Source of the DNA: Ginkgo biloba
Taxonomy: Eukaryota; Plantae; Ginkgophyta
DNA: 19,938 nucleotides
Direction of reading: 5' to 3'
NCBI GenBank assembly: GCA_024626585.2
Contig: JANKJI020000002.1
Location: forward strand, 69,829,010 to 69,848,947
Under the pieces are notes generated by a model that saw only the letters and a list, made by a program, of their open reading frames with translations, did no database searches and was not told the DNA's origin. This document shows positions 1-10,738 of this stretch, in pieces. Position numbers and translations under genes: made by a program. Position 1 is the first letter of the stretch, and each line of letters opens with the position of its first letter.

Positions 1-2889
1 TTTCTTGTATAATTGATGGGTCCACACGTACACCATACTTTGTGATATTATGTCCAAGATATTCTAGATATTCCAAGTTTTTCTACCCAAATGTACATTT
101 ATATTTCTTTGCATATGGTATACAATTCTGTAGGATTTCCATCACTTTATTCAAGTATTTTATTTGATCTTCCCACTCTACATTTTATTCTAAGATATCA
201 TCAACGAATGCAAGAACATATTTTTATAGTACCTTAATAAGAATTATATGCATTAAGACCTAAAATATTGTCGTTATGTTGTGTAGCTTGAATGAAATTC
301 CTTGAAACTTGAGGTGACCATGGTGCATAGAAAATATTATCTTTCATTTATCTTAAATACATATCAAAATTTGATAATTTAACCTAATCATAAACTATCT
401 TAGAGAAATATCACATCCCATTTAGATCATCCATCAAGTCATTTATATATGGCATTAGAAAATTATTCTTGATCATTATTTATTCAATATTTTGTATCCT
501 AAGGATAGTTTAAAGGAGTCATATTTCTTTCATGTGAGTACCATTGGTGTTGCATACAAAATTTTACTATTTATGGTTGCTTACAAGTCTTGTGTTAGTC
601 ATTTTATCTCTATTTATTAGTTGTAAATAAACATATAAGGTTTAATAATTATGGGTCCTTTTTCTGGGTTGATTTTGATCATGTGCTCTATTCCCTTATT
701 TGTTAGTAGGATTTTTGGTAAGTCCTAGAAGAATTTGTTATGCTTCTTTAATACCCATTTTATATCTATCTTTCAATCCTCTATTTGTTCATTATTATTG
801 ATTATTAGCTCTAGTCATGCTTCCATATTTTATAGCTTTCTCAAAAAATTGAGATGTCCTTTTAATAAAATTTTATCCATTTGTTTAGAATTTACTCCCT
901 TATTTATTATAACCTTTATACCATATATTTTGTACTTTATTCCTTATATCTGAATCACCATAAAATTATCATCATGGTTTGTTCCATACATCTAGGAAGT
1001 TTGTAACCATCATATGCCTACTACACCATTGACACAAATTATAATAGTAAAAATAGAATCCTTTAACATGTAGTCACTCATTTGTACCTAAGAATTTTTT
1101 TACTATACCTTCACATATTATCTCACTATGCCTTGGAATAAAGATAGGGAACTTATGTATTCTATCAAGGTGGAGTCTGAATCCTTTTATTTACCTTAGG
1201 TCCAAGAAATTGTGCATACTACCTATTAGAATTAATATTTATATATTTATAATTAAGTTCATAACCTAATGTCACAGGACCCTTTTATTGAATGAAATGT
1301 TAAATTAGTAAAAGGGTGAGTCATCTTAGGGTCAATCCTTAGGATGCCATNNNNNNNNNNNNNNNNNNNNNNNNNNNNNNNNNNNNNNNNNNNNNNNNNN
1401 NNNNNNNNNNNNNNNNNNNNNNNNNNNNNNNNNNNNNNNNNNNNNNNNNNTATTAGAATTAATATTTATATATTTATAATTAGGCTCATAACCTAATGTC
1501 ATACGACCCTTTTATTAAATGTAATATTAATTGGTAAAAGGGTGGTTCATCTTAAGGTCAATCCTTAGGATGACATGTGTCAGGTGTCACTTAGATATGT
1601 GGCATGTTGTTAACTTACCATTATATTTTCCAAGTTGTATGTGTACATGTACCGATCTTATACATAATTGATGAGCATAATGGAAGGTTTATGGTAGACC
1701 AATTCTACGTAAAATTGTTATGTATCTTATTCTTATTCGTTTAATATTAGATTAATTCTAGCATCTATTCGTACACTACCTAGGTCCACCATTATAATAA
1801 GTTTGTATTTCTTTATGTACACATAAATCTTAAGTGTATCTAGTTTTGATACACCTATCAATGTTGCTAGTAAAACCTCTAATTTTCCATCTATAGCCAT
1901 GGTTCTTATAATGCCCCCACCATCATTATTTTTTTATTTCTATCTTTATTTTGTTACTTTTCTACTTCTTTATCTTATTATTCCTACATTCATGATTCCT
2001 AGTTAATGACTCCCTTGAAATAAAATATTATCTATTATTTCTTCTTTCCTCCTATAACTCCTTAAGGTCTCTAGATCTTTTGCTTGTATTTTTTGTGGTC
2101 TCCTTTATGACTTTATAGGGGTTATAACGTAATTAGTGATTGAATATAATGTCTCATATTTTCTTAATGGATTTCTTCCATTTGACTTACTAAGAATATT
2201 ACATCTTCTAAAATTTTATGGGCTTTGTCTTCTTACTTCAACTCTTAATTATAGCCTTAGATTGTTGATGTAGAACTTGTGTATGTTGTTTCTTATCATA
2301 TTTTCCTTTGTTTGAAAAACCTTGAATTTTCCTGTGTATTCCACACTCGATTATTCTCTTTGAAAGGTGTATGTGAGTTGGATATTATAAGTATCACCCC
2401 AATTCCTATCCACTCTCCTATATAAGTCATGTAAAAATAATCTAACTATCAAGTTGGTATTTAGATTCTCCTTAATCCACCTAAAATCCTGTGTTTGTAT
2501 CTTATTATATATTATAAGGTAAAGTGTACTTCATCAATTTCTCTATATATTCCTTCTTGATTGAATGCACATTTTGATTTATATATCCATATATGTGACT
2601 CATTTGGGTCATCAAAGTTGAAGTTAGGTATCCTTAGATAGATATTTTATGTAATTCTTTTTCCTTAGAGGGTACCACCACTTTAGTTATTTCCCCTTTA
2701 TATATATCAAGGCTTATTTTTTTCTTGGTGGTGTATTGTCTAATTTCTTGAACTTATACTTGTTTTGATTACCAATTTTTTCATCCTTAAATCTATCTAG
2801 TTGAATTTTTAATTCATATCATTAAAATTGATCCATTTTTTTGATCCAAAAGGTTGATATTTTGTCAATTTTTAATAAAGTCCTAACTT
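1..2889 (-). mobile_element. Decayed Ty3/Gypsy gag-protease-RT relic (many stops and frameshifts)
   Basis: Minus-strand translations in Gypsy order: gag-like IPNFNFDDP..WI (~2630-2590), protease MVDLGS|MHNFLD (split by an insertion), RT motifs MPYINDLMDDLNG..YFSKI (~455-395), GHLKFQG (~320-300), YVLAFVDDIL (220-191) and LGHNITKYGVRVDP (~60-18). Confidence 0.85.
1224..1775. mobile_element. Nested LTR element inserted in the Gypsy protease active site; interior probably hidden in the 100-N gap
   Basis: 5-bp TSD CTACC at 1219-1223 and 1776-1780; termini TATTAG...GTACA. 1224-1350 is repeated at 1451-1576 (12 substitutions + 1 indel by manual alignment). Removing the insert restores the frame MVDLGSMHNFLD. 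Confidence 0.8.
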
Positions 2890-3412
2890 NNNNNNNNNNN
2901 NNNNNNNNNNNNNNNNNNNNNNNNNNNNNNNNNNNNNNNNNNNNNNNNNNNNNNNNNNNNNNNNNNNNNNNNNNNNNNNNNNNNNNNNNTGTTGTGGGAA
3001 TAGTATGATATTGCTTAAAGGTAGAATTTTTCCTCCTATTGTAAGAATTAGAAACTCCAAAAGTAATAAATAAAAACTCCTTAGAGGGACATTGTTATTC
3101 CAAGAACAAATGGAGTTGTGTGTTAGTTGAGAAAGTACTTAAATTTGGCAAGAGAGTAGGAAATGGAAAAGAATATGTACTTTTGTATTACTACTATAAA
3201 TGAGCTCATTTTAAGTTTTAAAAAAAAATCATTTTAAATGCTAAGCACAAAAAGTGTTTTATCATACCAAGATCTATGTTTATTTTTCTTATATAATGAT
3301 CTTTTTTTTAAGGTTTAGAACCAACCATACTCAACTTATTAAGTCAAAAATTATGAATGCACTTTAATGATCCTCCACTAGCCATTTTTAAGCTAAGAAT
3401 GTTATGAGGATT

Positions 3413-3432
3413 GGGTGGGGGAGGGGTGGGGG
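3413..3432 (+). other. Canonical G-quadruplex motif
   Basis: GGG-T-GGGGG-A-GGGG-T-GGGGG: four G-runs with 1-nt loops in AT-rich DNA. Confidence 0.6.
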
Positions 3433-5339
3433 AATCTTGTTTAGAAATTGAAGTTGACTTGAAATATATTAATTTCCTTTACGTCACAAGCATATAATAT
3501 GGGGCCAATAAAATAAGAGAGGTAAGAGAATCATAAATCTTCTTGGCAACAAGATTTAAACCATATCATGAAAGTAATAAAGATGACTTCAACCTCATTT
3601 GACAATTACAATCTTCTTTTGGGCTAAAGAATTCCTTGGAATATAACTTGTTATTAGCAGAAGTGATATAAAAAGCTTTCCTTCAAAATAGTTACGAAAC
3701 TAATTAAGAAGATTAATAGAAATAAATGATGCCATTCTTTTAAAAATAACAATAATACTATGACTTTCTATATAGTCCTTATGTGATGGATAAAATTGCC
3801 TTTTAAATGCATTGAGATACATTCATATTTGAACCCCACTTAACTTAACGACAAAGTTTGAGAGTAATCCTAACATTACTATTTTATGTCTTCTTGAATT
3901 ATTTTCTAAAGGTGGGGACTTAGTAGCTAATCTTTGTGTGACACAAATATAATGTACATTTCTTAAAGCATAACAAACTTAAATGCTTATATTTTAGAGT
4001 ATGAGGATAAATGTCAACTGATGCATAGATATTTATAAGTGTTGTGCTTACTCATCCTAAATATATAAGTGTAATGAAATCATGTATACTCATCATAACA
4101 CAAATATTATTTTAATATATAAATATGCACTAGCCATGCATTGACCATATCCATTTATAGTTATGCACTTGTCATACAATTACGCCATGAATCTATCATT
4201 ATTGCATATCATTGGCATGTTATAAAATGAGGTAATAACCACTTCCTATGTTATTAACTTTTTGCAATAGATAATTATTTAATAGTAGCATCCTTCTTTG
4301 ACTATTTTTATCAAAATAAATAAGAGAATATGTTTGTCATGTATCAACACATTCAAAATAAAAAAGACATTTGAGACGTTTACTCATACAACATTCAACA
4401 ATAATCTATATAAGACTTAAACTACTCTCAACTTCTATTTTAAGCCCAAAATGCCAATGACATGTATCATAAAATCAACAAATTCTATCCTTATACATAT
4501 GAATGAGGCATTATTGACTTCCATATTAGATTATTTTAATATTAGCCTTAATTCAAAAAATAAATTAATGCAATACTTTAATGCAAGTTGTCCATCAACA
4601 ACAAAGTAATCAAGACACACAAATGCATGTGCGAGTGGAGGTACACATGCCCACATTAGTGGTATGTTAAAAAGAACATGAACTATATTAGAGAAGAAGT
4701 TTTTCATATCTATGTNNNNNNNNNNNNNNNNNNNNNNNNNNNNNNNNNNNNNNNNNNNNNNNNNNNNNNNNNNNNNNNNNNNNNNNNNNNNNNNNNNNNN
4801 NAGTAATTTGTGAAAATAAAGCTTTAAAAACAACAAAATAAAATTGATTATACCAATTGTAGAATGCTTATTTGCTCTTACATAAAGTTCTTATCCAAGG
4901 GTTGGCACCAATGTGCATATGCCTATCAAGTGGAAAAGATGATTGTGCTTAATCAATTTTCAATTACTTTTTTAGCACCTCCCTTCCTTTTGAGTTAGTG
5001 AAAATTATGGAAGAACCCTACTTTTAAGTCTTCAAAATTTAAAAGATTGTAATAAGGTTGTAGTCACATGGAAATAGTCATCCTATTTTGTTTGAGCCTA
5101 CATTAAGTGGCCAGGTAAGAAGATGGTTCTAAGTTCATCAAAAATACTTATTAGATTGGAATAATATAGTAATATTATGCTTAAGAATTTGAAATATTAT
5201 TTTATAATATAATATTATTTATTTTTATTATTCTTCTTTTATGCAAATATCATGTGATATTCTTATCCCTTAGAATCTCATGTTCTTTCACTATTATATT
5301 ATTTATTGAAGTATGTATAGANNNNNNNNNNCCAAAAAT

Positions 5340-5870
5340 AATTTGAACATGTATCATACATTGAGAAGAAATTTTTAAAAATAAATTCCCTTTGATCTAT
5401 ACTATATTGTATATCTTATGAATGGTATACATATTTAGAGAATAAAGGTGAAGTTGAAGAATGTAGGAGACTATAAGAAGGATTACTACAATTATATTAT
5501 AAATAATAAGTTAATACTAATAATGGAATATAAAATTTTGTAAAGCATTATTAAAAAATTATCAATTGGTAGCAATAGAAGATGATACAAAACTAATCCT
5601 AAATCACTTCATGAAAGAGGAAGTAAAATATAGAGAAGTTATGGAAAAACCAGTAAGATTGGATAAAGAAGGGCTATATAAATAGCCATAAACGACAATA
5701 ATTCTTTAACTTGGTAAGAATAATAAAGAAAAAACCATTGAGGTTAGGGATTATCAGTATGAAAATACTATTACAATGGCACATTAAGTCTTTAAGGAGT
5801 ATGTAGATGTATTTGCATGGATATATAAGGATCTAGAAGGGATCTGTAAGGAACTTGGTGGGTTCTTACT
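5340..5870 (+). mobile_element. Decayed non-chromovirus (Tat/Athila-like) Gypsy pol fragment upstream of RT
   Basis: FKEYVDVFAWIYKDLEGI at 5791-5844 resembles the LxEYxDVFAWSYxDxxG motif that precedes RT in these lineages. Boundaries are approximate. Confidence 0.65.
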
Positions 5871-7091
5871 AGAAGATGATAATAGATAAATAAGAAGAAG
5901 GGCCTTGGGGTGCACCTACCTCCCTAGTAATAAGATATTATTCTCACAAAGTGAGGAAGGAAATNNNNNNNNNNNNNNNNNNNNNNNNNNNNNNNNNNNN
6001 NNNNNNNNNNNNNNNNNNNNNNNNNNNNNNNNNNNNNNNNNNNNNNNNNNNNNNNNNNNNNNNNAAGTGCAACATATACGTATAACTTCCGTGACCTAAA
6101 TGGAAATGTTTAGTGTAAGTCTCACGATTCTTTTGGTATGGTAGTGACTTTTCTATTTTTTTGATCCAAATTCAAATGCTTTTAATAGTTGGGCATGAAG
6201 TGTGTTGACTTTATCTTTTCGAATAAGTTGCGTGTTGCCATTAAATACGCCTCCGTCTGTGTGTTCTTTTTGACATTGTGTTTCTACAACGTTAGAATCA
6301 CACTCCTATTGAATTTTTTTCCATATGACCCTTGGTTAGAGATTTTTTACGCNNNNNNNNNNNNNNNNNNNNNNNNNNNNNNNNNNCGCCTATCATTCGA
6401 ACGAGGGATCTGATTGACAAGTGAGACTAGAGTCTAGGGTAAATCATCGCGTTACTATTTTTATGTATGTGTGTGCCACTTGATAGGCTCTACCAAATTT
6501 GTTAGCATTGAAGTTTCATGTAGAGTGTTAATAATATAACTCACTTTACCGAGATAACGTATTACTCTGTGCGACGTTTGAAAGAAGCCGATGAAGCAGA
6601 CCAATTGCAATAAAAAATTACTGAAATCGATCAGGGCATGAAATAGAATCTAAGCGCGAAAATGCTGCAGTATGAAATATTGCACGGGAAATACCTGGGA
6701 AGGTCAAAGATGAGAAAGAAGACAAATACACATAATTGCGAGGATGAGATCATGCAGTCACAAATTGCGGCCGTCTGAATGTGCAGCACACACATTTTGA
6801 CCAGGCGAGAACTTTGAATGTTTGCATATAGATGTTGTACTGCGCAATATAATATCTGGTCAATGAAGTGGGTAGGAATTTAGGATCTGATAAAGACGCA
6901 AACCTTACGATCGACAAGCAGTCGTCCAAAACGGCTTCCTTGATTCACTGCCTAACGCGGTTACAGGCTATTATTTTCTTCATGAGACTGGGTCCACTAT
7001 GAAATTCTTTCCAGTCAAGCCACTCCTACGTAAATATCAATAAAAAATTCCTTACAATTTTCTCGACAGAGAAGATGCTCCTAGCTACGCG

Positions 7092-7143
7092 TCAAGATGG
7101 ATGTTACTTTCCGTTTCCTTTCAAGATAGATATTACTTTCCGT
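7092..7143. repeat. 23-bp direct repeat in the probable 3'UTR
   Basis: tcaagatggatgttactttccgt (7092-7114) and tcaagatagatattactttccgt (7121-7143), 2 mismatches. Confidence 0.85.
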
Positions 7144-7306
7144 GAGCATCTCACTTTCTGAAAATCAATGCAAACAAAAGTTAAAAGTCAACAGAAAAAA
7201 AACACCGTGGTCCGTAGTAGTGACGTGCATTACTATAGCCCATAATAGGGAATAAACTTTTATATTTGAATCCATACACATACACATGATTTTCTACACC
7301 ACCTTG

Positions 7307-8640
7307 TCATTCGATTACATTTTCCAGTAAACTACTGGTTGAAGGAGAACTTTGGGCACTAACCCAAGGATCCTGGACGGAAACCGGCGATGCAGTGTCC
7401 ATTTTGTCCAGTATAACGGCCTTCAATTCGTCCATCAAAGGAGACTGAATCATAATTCTTCTGCTTCCCGTCGAGTTCCGTCTGGACTGCTTCACACTGT
7501 CCGTCGATCGACGTCTAAATTTGGCGTCATCCTCCTCGTCGCCGGCGCACAGTACAGAACAGTTACCCTCCTCAGGTAACGTAAAGATATTTTGATTATT
7601 ATCGACCTGCGGTTGCTTATCCTGTATGGTGTCTCTGATAAAGTCCAACTCTTCTGCAACTTCCAGCATGGTGGGTCGAGCGTCTCTGTCAAATGCCAGA
7701 CATCTGAATGCAAGCTCGGCAACTCTGTGTACGGTCATGCGGACCCGCGGGTACTTGTCGGCCTCTAGAAAAGGGTCGATTATTTCATCAACACAACCGC
7801 TGCCAATTCTGTTAATTGCAAGAGATGCGAGGTTAATTTCGCTCTTTTTACGCAAAAAATCCACTACTTTAAGAGCCGTTATGATCTCCACTAAAACAAC
7901 CCCAAAGCTGTAGACGTCGCTCTTGTCTGAGAGATGGAAGTTCTGGTGGTATTGAGGATCCAGATAGCCAGGGGTCCCCTGGGGAACCGTGGATATATGT
8001 GAGGACTCTGTTAGAACTATTCTTGATAACCCGAAATCCGCGACCTTGGAGTTGAAGCCGTAATCCAGTAATATGTTGCTGGATTTGACGTCTCTGTGAT
8101 AGATTGGAGGGTTTATTGCTGAATGTAGGTAGGCTAGGGCATGCGCAGTCTCAGCGGCTAGGGTTATCCTCTGTGTCCATGACAGGCCCTCGCCCCTCTC
8201 GCGCTGAAGATGCTGAGAAAGAGTGCCGTTTGGCATGTATTCGTAGACGAGGATTGGTTCTCCTTTTTCTATGCAGCAGCCCATTAGACGGACGAGATTT
8301 GGGTGATCTACTGATGACAGAAGTTTGATTTCGTTCATCACCTGTTCGATTCCGTAGGTGTCTATGTGTCTGATTCTTTTCACTGCGACCCACTGGTTGC
8401 CGTGGAGTTTCCCTGCATACACTGTTCCGAATGCGCCGTTCCCAAGTCTTTCTTTCTCGGAAAAGCCTTTGGTAGCTTTTTCCAGTTCTTTGTAGGTGAA
8501 GAGGGGGATTGCGAAGGACCCGCCGTTAGCAGAGAGTAGTCTTTTCTGGCTTCTTCTGGTTTCCAGTGCCAAAGAACTTCTTTTTAAGAAACAGTAGACG
8601 AGGACGACCACTAACACCAGTGTTGCGCCTGCAAAGAGTC
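7307..8640 (-). CDS. WAKL14: WAKL14-like coding exon 3 (TM helix, kinase domain, C-terminal tail)
   Basis: Acceptor atttttacag|GA at 8641/8640. Open frame to TGA 7309-7307 with all kinase subdomains recognisable. TM LFAGATLVLVVVLVYCFL is followed by basic KR. Confidence 0.96.
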
Positions 8641-10649
8641 CTGTAAAAATTGGAAGTGAAAAAAATTTAGTAATCAAACCTTCCAAATTCAATGCATGTC
8701 ACTAAATTCAATTGAAGACACTGTGCACCATTGTAGTTTTTTCTCGTGCCCCTCCTAAGTCAGAGTTGTGGACCTCAAAATACGTCAATAAATTCGCCTT
8801 CTGAGTCCTGACAGGGGCTGCCAAACTAGGCGTTTTTTTTGTTTTTCTGATATTGTATTCACAAAGGCTTCTTTTATCCTACCAATGTCGGAAATATAAA
8901 CGTGGTAACTATATTTTCTAAAAGATGTTGATGAGAGTTACAAATCTATGGATGGTATTGTCCGAACAAACCTAGACTAGAACCCAACAAAAATCAAAAA
9001 ATATTTTTCTGGGAAAATGCGTTTTAGAGAAGAAACAAAATGATTATTAGAAAGCATAATACTGATGAAGAAAATGTTTACAAGTCATTAATTTTCATGT
9101 TAACCTATAGTGGTCGGAGTCCAAATGTAAATTATCTTNNNNNNNNNNNNNNNNTTTTTGCCAATAAAAATCAGAAAATATGTTTAAAGAATTAAGTTGG
9201 GACAAATACACCAAAAACAATACAGTATTTCAGATTATTATCGAAAAAGAGAATTTTCACGAATGGTCAAAAAATCTTTACAATGTAATCTTAGGAGGAA
9301 TGTAAACACTGTGGAAGAAAAACAGAGAAGAAGCGCACCAAAAGTAACATATTTTCTTTGGATTCCTACACGACAAATAGAACCTAACTTGAACTTTAAC
9401 AAAATATCTCCTGATCAATCAATCAATCCATTAATTTGGTAGGCAATGCAAATGTCTTATCTGTTCCTCACTTCTGGCCCTCATGAAAAAATGACAATTT
9501 TTTATTTCACATACAAGCGACTTCAGGTCTGAAATACCAATCATCTGCCTAACTTTGGTATTGAAACAGACGCTTAAATAATTTGTCCAAAGCAAAACTG
9601 ACACACTCACAAAGTACTGCTGCCTTGTTAAACTAACCTTATTGAACAACCAGTGGGAAAGAGCACTCAAAATCTTGCAGGAAAAGAAATAGATTATATT
9701 GAAGAAAGCTTTTGAATCTCTAGTTGCCTTACCTCCGAACAGAACAGCTACTCTGGTGGTTCCTCCACAATGACCAGACATATACCTTGAAGGATTACAC
9801 TTTGAAGAACCTTCGAGAACAAAAAATGCCATTCAGTAATTCAAACTCCAATTACTAATCCTTTGAAAAATGAAAAAAATATATATACGATCTAAATGAA
9901 GTTATAGGGAAATATAAAGGCAGGCACACCTTTTCTACAGCCATCGCCGAGAGCAAATCCATCTCCTTGGTAGCCGTCCTCATAGTGGCATTTGTGCACA
10001 TGATGACTTGTGTTTGGGATGTGAAATTAGAGCATAGAGCGTTTGTGGAACAACCATTGGGACATTTGCCATCAACCCACCAGCCAACCTCTACCTTCCC
10101 CAAATTTACTTTTTAACTCCAAAGACTCACTTTCCACCACCATATTTGTGAGTAAAGTATTNNNNNNNNNNNNNNNNNNNNNNNNNNNNNNNNNNNNNNN
10201 NNNNNNNNNNNNNNNNNNNNNNNNNNNNNNNNNNNNNNNNNNNNNNNNNNNNNNNNNNNNNNNNNNNNNNNNTTTTTTATTATGCTCTTAAAGTCGAAAG
10301 TGCAACCAGAATCCGGCTTGGTGCAGTTCCTCACCATCAAAACATTACGCGCCGTGAGCGCATAATTGTTCTTGAAGACATTAAGCTCTTGGAAACTCTG
10401 TCTGCACTGAAATTCATGGTGAACGAGAACTCCATCGGTGGAAATATTTTCTATCTTGAAACCTCCCATGGTCACATTACCGTCCTTCAGGCATTTGAGC
10501 CTGTTTAAGCAGCCTTCGCTGAAACCAAACGGATATGGTACTGTTTTTGAACCACATTTCCGATTACACCGTTCGAAACTCTCAGACATGCGAAAGTAAA
10601 AGCTGGATAATTGAATCGTAACAAACAATATCAAGAAAGTTCCCTTCAT
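7307..10649 (-). CDS. WAKL14: Wall-associated receptor kinase-like protein, WAKL14/WAKL21 clade (signal peptide, GUB_WAK-type Cys-rich ectodomain, EGF-like module, TM, RD Ser/Thr kinase); 3 coding exons, exon 1 frameshifted as assembled
   Basis: ATG at 10649 opens a signal peptide (MKGTFLILFVTIQL) followed by CNRKCGSKTVPYPFGFSEGC, VEVGWWVDGKC and DGYQGDGF..GCRK. Exon 2 reads CNPSRYMSGHCGGTTRVAVLFGG. The kinase has GNGAFGTVY, VAVK, HRDVKSSN, DFG and QGTPGYLDPQYHQNFHLSDKSDVYSFGVVL, and the tail SPVSVQDPWVSAQSSPS is typical of WAKL14 proteins. GT-AG introns 9929-9811 and 9732-8641 are both phase 1 and join in frame. Confidence 0.92.
9733..9810 (-). CDS. WAKL14: WAKL14-like coding exon 2 (78 nt, extracellular juxtamembrane segment and start of TM)
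   Basis: Acceptor ttttttgttctcgaag|GT, donor GAG|gtaagg; encodes (G)SSKCNPSRYMSGHCGGTTRVAVLFG(G). Confidence 0.88.
9930..10649 (-). CDS. WAKL14: WAKL14-like coding exon 1 (signal peptide and ectodomain); contains a 111-N gap and two apparent frameshifts
   Basis: Homologous peptide segments lie in alternating frames: NTLLTNMVVESESLELK / VNLGKVEVGWWVDGKCPNGCSTNALCSNFTS / PNTSHHVHKCHYEDGYQGDGFALGDGCRK. Donor AAG|GTGTGC at 9930/9929. Confidence 0.8.
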
Positions 10650-10738
10650 TTCGTCCAATATACTAAACGGATTTCTGTAGCATTTCGAAGACGAGAAGAA
10701 GAAATTTTCCGTTGCATTAATGATCACCGGCTAATCAT
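10646..10738 (-). promoter_or_regulatory. Cluster of three upstream ORFs immediately 5' of the WAKL start codon
   Basis: uORF1 10738-10724 (MISR*); uORF2 10717-10646 (MQRKISSSRLRNATEIRLVYWTK*, its TGA overlapping the main ATG as ATGA); uORF3 10683-10663 (MLQKSV*). All lie downstream of a good acceptor (gcttaaatttgttgtttctag|GT at 10776/10775). Confidence 0.55.

Noticed and set aside
4120-4700. Possible Tat-like integrase zinc-finger remnants on the minus strand (YFVVDGQL, GSGYY, MVNAW)
   Set aside because: The words are too short and their spacing does not fit; not supportable without an HMM search.
7352-8393. Antisense and alternate-frame ORFs over the kinase exon (74-95 aa)
   Set aside because: Shadow ORFs of a GC-richer coding exon with no recognisable motifs.
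8641-8692. N-terminal 'MNLEGLITKFFSLPIFT' of the 461-aa ORF
   Set aside because: Starts at TTG and is read-through into intron 2; the acceptor tttacag at 8641 joins exon 2 in frame.
9431-9732. Remainder of the 133-aa ORF beyond exon 2
   Set aside because: Continues past a consensus GAG|GTAAGG donor into intron sequence with no homology.
10650-10727. GTG-initiated in-frame extension of exon 1
   Set aside because: Non-ATG start; the signal peptide begins at ATG 10649.
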